Source: the human T2T-CHM13v2.0 reference genome, Homo sapiens
Direction: 5' to 3' (one strand)
DNA: 64,000 bases
NCBI RefSeq assembly: GCF_009914755.1
Contig: NC_060925.1
In this document: positions 15,349 through 28,223 of the stretch, piece after piece
Numbering within the stretch: the stretch's first letter is position 1
Layout of the letters: every line of letters starts with the position of its first letter
Program-made: the position numbers and the translations under genes
Notes under the pieces: model-generated
Databases searched by the model: none
Seen by the model: only the letters and a program-made list of their open reading frames with translations
What the model was told of the DNA's origin: nothing

Positions 15349-15859
15349 CTTAATTCTACATTAGCCAGAATTCAAAGGCATTTACCCACTTAAGAAAATA
15401 GGGCACTCTCAGCTTGTTGAGATTCACAGTACACTGATAATGCTTATCTCACAGAGAGATATTCCTGAAAATCATGATTTTAAAGACTGCGCCATATGCT
15501 GGCATGTCTGCACCAGAATTTCCTTTGCGCCTCCCTGTTGGTTTGCTCCACTTTTTCACTGAGTCAGACCGTTGAACACCGTGGACACACTGTCTTGCGT
15601 TTCCGAATATTTCCTAGAATACGGACGTTTCCTAAGACTCACGATAAAGATTTTCTGATCGTCTCTCCAAAACCTTGCCACCAATTTGCACTCCCACGAA
15701 TCCTGTTACCGTGACTATCTCGCCATGCCCTCCCTAGCACTGAGCGTGATCTCTAGTATCATTTTCCATCGTTGCTAATTTGAACATGAGCAGATGGAGT
15801 CCTATTATTTGGGGTCATTAATTTCGTAGCAAGTGCAGTTGAAGGTGTTTTGCATGTTC

Positions 15860-16620
15860 ATTGTGCAGTGCGCGCCGTAGTCTGCACAGTTTGGCCGGCA
15901 GGTGGGATGAAGGGCGGGGCTGGCGGAGCGCGCCCGCCGCCTGGTAGGCCAGTTCGGAGCGGAGCCAACGCTATCCCGGGCCCCACGGCCAGGGGGCGCT
16001 GCGGCCCCCCCAATCCCCCGCCCCGTCCGGGCTGGGGCGGAGGAGCGGGCGGGGACCAAAGGTTGGTGTCTTTGCGCTCGGACCTTCGCCAGAGGGGCCG
16101 GGACATCATGACGGTGGGAGCCAGGCTCCGAAGCAAGGCGGAGAGCAGCCTCCTGCGCCGCGGGCCCCGAGGGCGAGGGCGAACCGAGGGGGACGAGGAG
16201 GCGGCCGCCATCCTGGAGCACCTGGAGTACGCGGACGAGGCGGAGGCGGCGGCCGAGAGCGGGACGAGCGCGGCGGACGAGCGGGGCCCGGGGACCCGGG
16301 GCGCGCGGAGGGTGCACTTCGCCCTCCTGCCCGAGCGCTACGAGCCACTGGAGGAGCCGGCGCCGAGCGAGCAGCCCAGGAAGAGGTACCGGAGGAAGCT
16401 GAAGAAGTACGGCAAGGTAGGGGCCCTGCGCCACCACTGCCCGGGGGGCGCGGGTGTGGTGTCCCGCGGGGGAGCGGGAGCCGGGTCCTTACCATCGACT
16501 CACCCAGTTTCTCCGGGCTGCACCTGCGACCCCTCCGCCCCCGCTCCCATTCCCTCGCCGGAGGGAAGCCGCGAGTTGCGAGTCGTGATAGAAACTTAAA
16601 TCGGGGGTTGCGCTGGGTGG
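15860..16620 (+). promoter_or_regulatory. C1orf115: CpG-island promoter and exon 1 of C1orf115
   Basis: Very high GC and CpG density; GC boxes GGGCGGGG/GGGGCGG; CTCF-like motif at 15986-15999; no obvious TATA box. Confidence 0.92.
16108..16416 (+). CDS. C1orf115: C1orf115 (RDD1) coding exon 1, aa 1-103
   Basis: ATG in ACATCATGA (A at -3); [23 protein letters not shown] matches recalled C1orf115; phase-0 donor AAG|GTAGGG at 16416/16417. Confidence 0.95.
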
Positions 16621-17779
16621 TCCCTGCTGTGCCTGCTATTGCGCTCCTGGCTTCTTAAGAACATTCTCAAGGGGCTCCTACCGCGGTGGTTTTTATGTAA
16701 GATCAGGAATCAGTTTCCTGATTACAGATGGGAATACTGAAGCGTTAGCGCGGCAGGTGACTTGGAGAAGGTGGCCCAGTTGGAAAGAAAGAAATTGCAA
16801 CCCAGTGTATTTGTTTTCCAGTAACATCCCCTCCAGGATATCCCACTAGTTGAGAAATGTTTGGGTTACTCTCCCAAATATTCCCAAGGTTATTTCCCGA
16901 GCCTGGGAGCGCAACAAATACATAAATAGGCGCTCGTTGAATTTTTCTCGTCTAGCCAACTATCAGTGTACTCTGGGGCCTTCAAAACATTCTGCCGTTT
17001 GTCTCGGGGAGATGGGGTTAGGAAGAATGAATATGGGAGAAAATGACAGTTTCCTTCGCGGAAATCAAAGCGCAGATGCAGTTCCCAGGTGTCTCTGCAT
17101 GGAAACAGTCGAAGCTGCTGCCGGAAGCTCTGCTGGCCTGGACAAGGCCACCCAGAATAAAGTCACAGAAGTTACTGTGTCCTGGCCAAAGGCCACGGGC
17201 CCCATCTGATTTATTGTCTATTTATCTGTGTTGCCCAATGCCGTCTTACACCTGAAGCCATTCAGTCTCCATGCCTGGGAGCTTAGGTTTATCATCCTCT
17301 TTAAAGGTATGTCAGCAGCTTCTGGAGCAGAATACAGGCAGGGGTAAAACTATAAAGTTGGGTCTTTCAGGCTTAGAGCCCTGCTAGGACGATTCATCTC
17401 TGCTTTGGGTCCCAGTTGAGCACAAAGAAGCCATCATGTCCCTCTCCATTGGTGAACTGATACTGCAGAAACCTCAGCTCAAGGACTAGGACTTGAAGAT
17501 ATTTTGGGGGCACTCATTATGCGTCAGGCATTGTGCTGAGCAGTAGAGATGCGAAAATGAATACAGTGCAGCCCTGCCCTAGAGAAGGGCACAGCCTCCC
17601 AGGGAGACACTGACATAGCTGGCTCCCCCCGCCCCCGGGGGGGCTTCAGGGCACAGAGCTCAGGCAGTTCACTCCTCAGCGGTGAGCTTGTAAACTCAGG
17701 GAAGTTTTCAAATCACGGTGACATGAAAACTGGGCACAGAAGGATGAGTTAAGATTTCACCAGATAACAGTGAAGTGGT

Positions 17780-18545
17780 ATGAAGTAGGCACACTTCATC
17801 CCCACTAGAACGGCTACTCCAAAAAATGTCCAAACAAACCGAATAACAAATGTTGGCGAGAATGTAGAGAAATTGGAACCATTGTACATTGCTGGTGGGA
17901 ATGTAAAATGGGACAGCTGCTGTGGAAAACAATTTGGGAGTTCCTTAAAAAGTTCAGTGTAGACTTATTCTGTGATCTAGCAGTTCCACTCCTAGGGATG
18001 TAACCAAAGAATTGAAAACAGGTACTCAAATCAATGTTTATATACACATTTTAATGGAATTATTATTTACAATAGTCAAAAGGTGGAAACAACCCAAATG
18101 TCCCTAAATGGATGAATGCATAAACAAGTGTGTTATATACATACAATGGAATAGTATTCAGCCATAAAAGGAAGGAAATGTACTAATCCATGCTACAATA
18201 TGATGAACCTCTAAAAATATTATGCTAAGTGAAGTAAACAAGACCCGCAAGATCACATATTGTGCGTATGATTCCATTTGTATGGAATGCTTAGGATAGG
18301 TCAACCCATGGAGATGGAACACAGATTGGTGGTTGCCAGGGACTGCGGGAAAGAGGAATGGAGCCCATCTGCTTAATGGGTAATGTGTTTTTTCCTGGGG
18401 ATGATGAAAATGTTTTGGAACTAGATAGAAGTGGTGGTTGCACAACAATGTAAATGTACTAAATGCCACCGGGCTGTACGCACTTTAAAATGGTGAATTT
18501 TATGTTATGTGAATTTTGCCTTAACTAAAACAAACAAAAAAAACA
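17780..18545 (+). mobile_element. L1MB-like 3' fragment in intron 1
   Basis: L1 ORF2-end and 3' UTR motifs ending in an A-rich tail. Confidence 0.85.
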
Positions 18546-19501
18546 AGATTTCAGTGGATAGAGAAGTGGTGTCATCTCAGGTAGAGGGGCCATCACAAGC
18601 CCAGCTGTGGGCATGAAAGCTCTAGAGTGTTGCACGCTAGTTCAATGGACCCAGGAGGCCAGGTGAGAGGATGTCGTCAGGTTAGGGTTGGATCTCTCCT
18701 TTCTGCCCTTCAAAAGTGACTTCAGCTTCTACTTTCTTGGAGCCACCTGAGAGGGTCACCAGGCTCAAACATGGAGATATAAAGCAGGTGACCCCTCTTT
18801 GTTCCCCGAGACCCCAGCTCCCCTCTGAGAGAGTAGTTGGGTAGAAAGCTCTACTCAGATCAAAGAATTCCAAATGCACTCTCTTAAATGACACTGAAAT
18901 AGTGGTTGAGAGATATTTTATGTTTCTTTGCATTTCATTTCTCAAATCTGTGTTTTTAACAGTGTTCCAGTTAATGAACTATTTTAGTAGATTTTTTTTC
19001 CCTAAATTACAAAGTGACAAGTAGCTTTTAAAGTATAACAGGCTGAGCAAAATGGATGTACAAATACCAAAAATGTCACGTTTAATGCAGGCGATTGTCA
19101 TTCTGATCTTGTTTATAATGGATCACTCTTGATTGTTAAGCTTGTTCCCAGAAAATATGTTTTTCTTTTGTTGTTTCAAACATGTAAGTAAAATTCCCCC
19201 AGTGATTCTTATCACACATTTAAAGAACTGTATCTCTTAGCAACATCACATACCCACACATGCGCATGCCCCAGCCCAGTGTCTCTTTGAGACATCAACA
19301 GGGTAATGTCCAGGAAAGCAGTGTCTAGAGAAGACACAGACATTACTTGGTTCTTGCAAAGCTCCTCATTTAGCGGGAGAGGTACCAAAGGAAACACTCA
19401 GCCTCTTTCTACATGCTCAGGATACAGTAATGAGCACAACAGAGTCCCTGCCCTCCTTCTGTTACTGTGAGGGACCCTGTAATTTAAACTATTGAAAGCT
19501 C

Positions 19502-19808
<307 letters not shown>

Positions 19809-19939
19809 TCAAGTAAGCCAGAAGTCATAGGAAATTATAGTCTTAAGAAACTTTCCCAAACAGACAACAAAAATATTGGGTTTATCTATCACCACCACAA
19901 ACCTAAATTGCTATGTAATCAAAAGAAGCAGATGTTATT

Positions 19940-20310
19940 TAGCAGTAATAATAGCTGACATTGGGGGGCACTTATACTGCCTGCAGTTTGTGCCAGGCCC
20001 TGTTCTCAGTGCTTTGCTTACATGATCTCATTTACTCCTCTTAACAACCCAATGAGGTGGTTACTAAATATTCCCATTGTATAGGTGAGGAAACCGAGGC
20101 CATGGGAAATTAAGTAAGTGATAGAGTTGGAATTCAAGCCCAGGGCATGAGTGGTTAACTAGAAGCTTACATATTGCCTTTATTTAAAAAGGGAAACATA
20201 GTATGGGGGTTAAGGTCATAGGCCCTGAAGTGAGATTTCTTTGGGATTGAACTTCAGCTCTGCCCCTAACCAGATATATACATGTGGACAGATGTAATCT
20301 CTCTGTGCTT
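19940..20310. mobile_element. MIR fragments
   Basis: AACAACCCAATGAGG..CCCATTGTATAGGTGAGGAAACCGAGGC core. Confidence 0.65.
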
Positions 20311-20439
20311 TGAATGATTGAAGTCTGATAGACAAAGGCCACCAGGGACATGCCAGTAGCCAATCCACGTTAGGTTTATGTGCTTAGGGCTACAAGGGAG
20401 AGTGCATGCCAGAGGAATTGTGGGGTCTTCAAAAAGTGG

Positions 20440-21610
20440 AGATCTCAAGTAACGAATTGAATATTTGAGTCTGAACTAAAGAGTTCTTCAAATCTAGGAG
20501 ATACTTGTAGTCATTAGAAATGGATGAGACCATCTAAGGAGAGACTGTAGGGAAAGAAAGAGAGAAGGAAAGACCCAGGACTGAGTATTGAACAACACCA
20601 ACATTTTAAAGTCTGGTAGAAGGGATAATTTAGCAAAGAAAGCTGAGGAGGAGCTCCCTATTTAGGTAGGGGAGAACTAAGAATATGGAGTCAAAGACGC
20701 CACATGATTATTTCATAAAGTATGTCAAAAGCTGCTGAGAGGTCAGGGAGAGAAAGACAGAAAAGCGTCCACTGGGTCAGGCAGCATGGGGGTTGTAGAT
20801 GGCCATGACCAGACAGTCCCTCATGGGTTGGGGTAGGAGCCGGAGTCAGAGGGAATAAGAAGCGCAGACATGGAGGCAGTATATGTGGTTGGCTCTTTTG
20901 GCTGGCTTGGCACGATGGAGGGCAGAGACTGGGGCAGGATATGGAGTCACGGTGATACCCGAGCATGTATGTAAGCTAATGGGATCCAATGGAGAGGAAG
21001 CGAATGATGGAGGTGGTGAAGGGAAAGCCAAGATCAAGGTGGGAGAAGGCACTGACACCAAGTATCAAGGGAATGGCTTGGGGGAAGAAGACCACTTTCT
21101 CCACCGTAACACAGGCAATGCGGGAGAAGCCAGGGGCAGCCACAGGCAGGGCTGTTGAGAGTGGTGGAAGGTGAACGTGTTCCCTGACGATGTCTGGGTT
21201 TTTTTTTTTTTTTTTTTTTTCTGTGAAAGGTGAAGTGGGATCATCTCATGAAGGTATGGAGACTTGGGTGTGTTCGTGTGTGTTGCAAGTGGGGAGGCTT
21301 AAGAAGGGAAAAGGTATGAGGCAGTACCCGGGGGAGAGAGAAATTCATCCTACTGGACAGATGTGGAGGTTTGTCAGGTGGTGTTGGAAGTCAAGGTGAG
21401 ATATGTGATTGTGATCAGGAATTTTAAGTTAAACCAGTCTGAGTGGTTATGGTAATATGGAAAAGTCAAAGGACTGAGAGACAAGGTATGTGGCCTAAGG
21501 CACAGGTTATCTGCATGGACATTGATATCACCAAGAGTGATGACAGAAGTTGAGGTACGGAGGGGAAGACCATGGGCAGCCGTGCAATAAATGTTTGGTG
21601 GTGGTGGTGG
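20440..21610. mobile_element. Degenerate L2 fragments
   Basis: Purine-rich L2-like motifs (GTCAAAAGCTGCTGAGAGGTCA, TTGATATCACCAAGAGTGATG). Confidence 0.55.
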
Positions 21611-22315
21611 TAATTTTTCTGTTGCAATCACATTTGAGTCCTTTAGATGTCCCCTGTCTAGCACCTGACATTCCCTGAATGTCCCCTACCCAGCCTTGTA
21701 GAAAAGGAAGAGGAGGAGTGGTTACCAAGAAAGCATTGCCCAAGCCTGACCATCAGGGAGCTTATAATGGTATTGGAAATGCTGGACTTACATAGATATA
21801 GCAATTAGAAAATGGCAGAAGACTACAAAAGGACAGATGTGTGGGTCAGACAGAAATATGCCATTGAGGTAGAAGGAGGAGAAGATGGGCTTTCAGATAA
21901 GGTGAAGGAAGGAAAACTTAACCCAGCCTTCTGACGGTCCAGTAATTTTTAGCTGGAACAGAGAAGAGGAGTGATCTTTGGTTTAAAAAACAAAATAAAA
22001 CTGCTTTAGTTTTAGAATTAGCAGCCTTACTGCTGTTTCCAAGAAGGTCTTTGAATTATCTGGAAATAAGCTGTGCTTGAAAGCACTTTGCAAGGTGATG
22101 ATGTCTGCTGTGAGCCGCTACATATTCTTAGGCTGGAGGTGGGCACCTTCCACCAGAGATGTGGGAATGTGGTAACTTGCTGATTTGTCACAAGAGAATC
22201 AGGAAAAATGATCTTTATATATGTCGCCGTGACTCATTTTTTTTCATGAAAGATGGCAGAATTAAAAAGTTGCCTACCCTAATCCTTTGCTTTTCTCTTT
22301 TATTCCTAACACTAG

Positions 22316-22435
22316 AATGTCGGGAAGGTCATCATCAAAGGATGCCGCTACGTGGTCATCGGCCTGCAAGGCTTCGCTGCAGCCTACTCCGCCCCGTTTG
22401 CGGTAGCCACCAGCGTGGTATCCTTCGTGCGCTAA
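22316..22435 (+). CDS. C1orf115: C1orf115 (RDD1) coding exon 2, aa 104-142 plus stop
   Basis: Polypyrimidine tract then CTAG|AAT acceptor; [42 protein letters not shown]; joins exon 1 in frame to give 142 aa. Confidence 0.95.
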   Translation, partial: NVGKVIIKGCRYVVIGLQGFAAAYSAPFAVATSVVSFVR

Positions 22436-24860
22436 TGGGAGCTGCTGTGGCAGGTGCCCCCAGAGTGAACGGGAGCCCCTGCTGTGGGAACTTTGTGAAT
22501 CCTGGAGCATCTCAGACTTGAACACACAGCATATTTGGAAGAGAAAACATGCCTTTCTTTGTTGAATCACATTAGTATGATGAGTGAGTCATCCCTGCCC
22601 ATCTGCTGAGCTTCTCACATCTCTCAGTCACACGTGGACCCAGTGGTCAATCCTGCAGAGAATTCGGCGGAGGTTAGGTTTGGGAGTGGAGCTAGCGTGC
22701 TAAAGCCAGAGCCTTCACGTGAAGGTGGCAGGCACTGGGGCGGAAGCCAACACTCAACAGATGCAAGCAGTGTGGGTGTGCAGCAGAACAGTGATCTTGG
22801 GGGAGGAAGAGGATGTTACTAGAGTCAGATGATTTGCTGTATTCTCCTGAAAGGTCGTAGGCTGACAGGCGCTCACATTCCTTGGCTGCCTCGGTTCTGA
22901 GGGCAGCTAAGGAGCTGTTTATTCCTCAAGTCATGCTCCCCGATCTCCTTCCTCTACCACTCTGTCACCAGGAGTTTAATTACAGGCTTGAGGAGAAGAA
23001 AGGAAGAAAAGATATCTTGATGCTTTGAAAACTGTGTTGGCAGTGTGGCATGACTGTTTAAAGTAGATAAAACCTTGTCATTTTACCCCATCCCTGCATG
23101 ACTGTGAAGCTGGCGAGGAAGGAGGAAGAAGGGCAAGTTCAGATGCAGGCTGGGTGGCTGGGACAGGTTGGCTAAGGGACTACTCTGGAGGGCTCTTCTG
23201 CCTGGCATTGCCCACTTCGGCCCAGCCACGTGTTTGCAGCGACCAGAGTCCCTGCAAAGGTGTGGCTGGCTGTGGTCAGGGTGCTACTAGCACCATCAGC
23301 GCACTCCCGCCATTGGCTCAGCTCCTCTCTGCCAGTCCAACTAAGAGTGCTTTGTCCTGGGTGGGACATAGGGGCTGAGAGAGATGGGGGGAGACATAAC
23401 ACCCAGGAATGAAAATACAGATTTAGAGAAGGAACCAGTAAGTAGGAGACAGATGTGAAGGAAATGGAAATGAGGCAAGAGGACATTGGAAGAGAGAAGT
23501 TTGCTGTCCAGGAGCCAGGTCTGGAGCATCAGTGTGAGGGAGTTCAGGTAGGCTGGGCCTGTGCCTCTAGGTAGGGACAAGGGAGGCTGGGTAGCCAGGG
23601 CTGGTGCTTAAAACCCCTGAGGCCATGAGCTCATTGGCTGCCTTTGTAGCATCCTGTCTTCTTCTGTGCTGCCTGGTTTGATCTCATCTCACCTGGATTC
23701 AAAGGGTAAGGTGGGCATGGGTCTTGGGCCTGACACCCACCAAGGATGACCTGTGGACTGCCATCGGATGCTGAACAGGGAGATGAAAGGAGGTCCTCTT
23801 ACCATACCCCTCTGCCAACCCCCCAGTAGGCCACTGTTCTGACTTTGTTTCCAGAATATCCAGAAATCCAAAGGGGCTGTTGCTGAACAGTCTGCAGGAC
23901 CAGTGACAGCACCTACCTGTTGTCCCAAGGCATACAAAGGAGGCCTCAACGCTCATGCTTCTCTAATCAAGCCCTACCAAGACAGACAGAAAGACAGACA
24001 GAAAAAAGGAAGGGGTAGAGGAGAAGGTTGAAGCTGTGGAGCTAGACTCTGCTTCACTTCCTGAAGCTTCAACTTCATGTCGAAGATTCACTGGGACCCA
24101 ATTCCTGCATTGTTAATATTTGTGAGGAAAAGTGAAACAAGTGATCTGGTTTTAGCCCAGATGATGAAAGTGGATATGGCACATTTTCACACACGTGAGA
24201 TAATTACAGCTTGCCCCACAACACTGGGTGTTGGAGAAAGGGAGAGATAGTCATAAGTGGAAGAAAAAGCCAAGCATAGTGAGTGGGAAAGAGAGTGAGA
24301 GCCTGTGCAGGCTGCTGACGAGCCCCAGGCAGCCCACAAGTTTCTCGTGGGGAGATGGAGGCAGAGCCCAGGGTAGGGGACAGAGCTGCTGGGGCCTTTC
24401 CTTGCCTGGGAATCTGTCCCAGGAAGAGCTTCCCCACTCCCATCCCCCAAATTGGAAAAACCGTACATTCAAGCCTGTTTGGCCCTGAAATTCTTAAGAA
24501 TCTGGTTAAGAATTAACTCACTAATGTCAAAAGTCAAAACCTCCTAGGGGTTGTCCTGGGAGTCAGGTTCACGGGTACAGAAGATGAATCTCAGATGTCA
24601 CTCAACCTGAGCCGTCATTCTCTGTGGCAGGGCTGCCCTGGGTTTCTCTTACTCAATCCCTGGAGTGTAAGCATTTGGATTGTGTCACAGATTACCTTTT
24701 TACCTTTTCTTTCTTTTTTTTTCTTTTTTTCAATATCAGTGCCCACACCTTACTGAGTATTGAGTTTTAGAGCTTTCGCTTGATGTGCTTGACCAAGAGA
24801 CTTCTTTTGTATCCTTTTCTTGTCCTATGATGTAAATAAAAGCCTCGATTTATGTAATGT
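22436..24860 (+). other. C1orf115: C1orf115 3' UTR (~2.4 kb, no Alu)
   Basis: Runs from the stop codon to the AATAAA at 24835; exact end approximate. Confidence 0.8.
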
Positions 24861-24870
24861 TTCTGGTGTG
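24835..24870 (+). terminator. Polyadenylation signal AATAAA with downstream GT-rich element
   Basis: AATAAA at 24835-24840, upstream T-rich tract at ~24700-24730, downstream TGTTTCTGGTGTG. Confidence 0.85.
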
Positions 24871-25145
24871 AAGGGTTCCCAGCTCCTCACTTTCTAGCCT
24901 TGCCTGAGGGAGATTCCTGGAGTCCAGCCACACTGAGAGCCTGGCACAGCAGGTGATGACCAGTCGGGAGAGACCTCCCTGGGAACCAGTAGGAGCCCAC
25001 AGCTGCTCCCCAAGGACCCAGGGGAGGGAGAGACCCCAATTCACCTGGGAACTCTGCATGTGTGTTAAAGGGGACAGTTCTCTCTAAGCCAGCAGAACAG
25101 GCTTTGCCTTCTAGGAGCCTCAGCTCATGAGTTTGTTGAAAAATG

Positions 25146-25461
<316 letters not shown>

Positions 25462-27067
25462 TCAGATTTAGAGAGCCTAGCAGGGGGGCAGGAGCTGCAC
25501 TGCCCACAGGGTGCTGAGAAAACTCCAATGCAGCTGTTCCTCTGCCTCAGCTGGGAAATGCTGGCCCCTGGGGCCCTGCTGCACGTTGCATCTGCCAGTG
25601 GGACTCCAAGTGGGAGGCTGGGCCAGAGGAGGGGCCCTGCCGGGTTCCAGGCCTGCACTGAGTACGTGTGGTATGCCTGCTCACTGAGTCCTCACAGAAG
25701 TGATAGAGAAGGTCTTGGAGGTGCGGAAGGTGGAGAGGAGAGGAGTGGTCCTGGTAGCCATCAGGGCCCACTGGTCCCAACCTGCTGTTAGGCTTACAGC
25801 AAAGCAGAAGAGAGGGACCACTGTGTCTTCAGCCACCTTGGAGTCATCTCTGCTGCCCCTCTGCCCAGCACCTGTGTCATGCCAGAGAAGTCCCGACAGC
25901 CTCTGTGACCAAGAAGCAGCCAGAGGCAGGACTTGAACTCAGACCACCTCCTCCGCCCTCCAATAGTCTTCTGAGGAATGGTAGTCTCCCTTAGCAGAAA
26001 ACAGTTGTGGCCTCAGGAAACAGTTATTGCAGTGTTAGATTTAGGCAGCTGTGGTTAGGGGGTTTGCACCCATGAGGTCTTTTTCCAGCCCCTGACTGCA
26101 GGAGTACAGAGGAACTGAGTAAACTCAATGATGCCATCACTTCCAGAATGTTTTTGAACATTTGATAGATCACCCCAGAAGCTTATTTTGTAATTAACAC
26201 ACAGAAAAAACATATTTGAGAGGTTCCATGGTTTTATCAAAAACCCAGATGGTTCTTGAGTGAAAAAAAGTCTCTACTGCATTGACCATTCATGGGGAAA
26301 TGTGGGAAAATAAAAAATATATAGGGTATGTATTTTTTTTTTCCTAGAGGCAAGGTTGGTTTTGAGCCAAACCACTCCAAGGATAGCCAAGGGAAAAGGA
26401 GATCACTTCTGATCTACAGGGCTCAGTGCCTGAGCCTAGTGAGTGCAGCAGCCACCCTGCCAAGGAAGGCAGAACAAAGGCTTTATTGCTGGAAGCCTCA
26501 GGCCAAATCTCCGCCTCTAAATGCTTCCTGCTTTCTACCCTTCAGCCTCATCTGAAGACACAAACTAGGATTAGAATAAAGCACCTTGAAGATGGGCTTT
26601 GCTTTTTAAAAAAGTGTTTCTCAGGTAGTGCCTCTTGCATAACCTGTTGACAAGGCTCTGAACAGATGCATCTGGTTCAAACCAGACATAAAAATCCCAG
26701 CCAAAGGACCAGACAGAAATAGAGCTGAAGAGTTCACACTTCCTTTCACTTGCTCTTTAATTCCATGGTATTATTATCATGTCCATGGTCACAGAGCTCG
26801 GAAGCAGAGATGCTTTCTGGCAAGGATGATGATTTTTGCATTTTGAGTTCTTAGAGTCAAGGAGAAAAAAAGCATGTAATTATGAAATATTTTCACAGCC
26901 ATCATTCTCGTATACAAAATCAGACTTGAATTTGTCTTTCAGTGTTTTCATTTTAATAAAGCAATGAGCCATTCATAGAATTCCACAAGCCCCTGAATAG
27001 AACCCCATCTGCTTCCCCTGGACACACTTCTGGGACATATATGATCACTGCAAACTAAGATGCATTA

Positions 27068-27378
<311 letters not shown>

Positions 27379-27633
27379 TAAACATTCGGTAGGTACACGA
27401 GGCACTGTGCTGGGTGGTTCAGCATCATTTTATCTCCATTTCATTCTCAATAACAGTGTCGATGAGGTAGATATTATGATTATCTCTGTTTTATAGATAA
27501 TAAAACTGAAGTTGAGGAAAGTTAGGGAATTTGGCTCTGGTGCTTTGGCCAGGAGGTGCTGAAATCAGGACCCAAGACTATGCACTTTCTGTCAGTTTCA
27601 GCTGCCTCTTATTTCCATTTCCTCTCAAGCTCC

Positions 27634-28223
27634 TGTCAACTGAAGGGAAAAAAAATCAAGCTTTTAAAGCATTAAAGTCACTTTTATTCAGAAATCTTCT
27701 AGATTGAGGCTTAAAGCCGAGGAGCAGCCCTTTAGAGAGGTCCTGTCAGGCTGCTCCAGCACAGTGTTTCAGCCCATTGCTTATACGCAGGTGGTGCAGG
27801 TTAAGTAGCTGCAAAATCACATCAAAGTTTGGGTTCAAGATTACATCAGCTCCAGATTACAGAAGTGTAACCACTGACCGCGGGTAATTCCACCACCCAG
27901 ACATATGGTGATGGACGTTTCCTGATCATTTGAGGTCTTCTACAGCACAGTGTGAAGTGACTGTGGAACAAACCATAATCTTCTATTATTGCTTGTTTGG
28001 GGGACGTTATGTGTAGGAAACAGCAAGGACTATGATCATTTATCTTTTAAGGAATGTAGTGACTCAGGCAAGAGATATGGGGGTGTCCTGTGCTGTATCC
28101 TATTTTGTCTTCAGTGCATCCTTCAGAGAGTTGCATGTTGTCACAGTCAGGGGCTTCGTGAAATTATGCTGGCAGGCAGAGTTGAGGGAACATGGCTTCT
28201 TACCTTTGCTGCTTTGGCTCACA
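27634..28223 (-). mobile_element. ERV1-class solo LTR (family uncertain) with a 120-bp foreign insert
   Basis: TG..CA termini, 4-bp TSD CTCC both sides, minus-strand AATAAA and TATA-like TATAA. Confidence 0.75.

Noticed and set aside
15805-16495. Antisense ORFs of 117-210 aa over exon 1
   Set aside because: Expected from stop-codon scarcity in a CpG island; low-complexity P/R/A/G, no recognisable domain
22159-22570. 120-aa and 98-aa ORFs over exon 2
   Set aside because: Wrong frame or strand; the true frame is set by splicing at 22316
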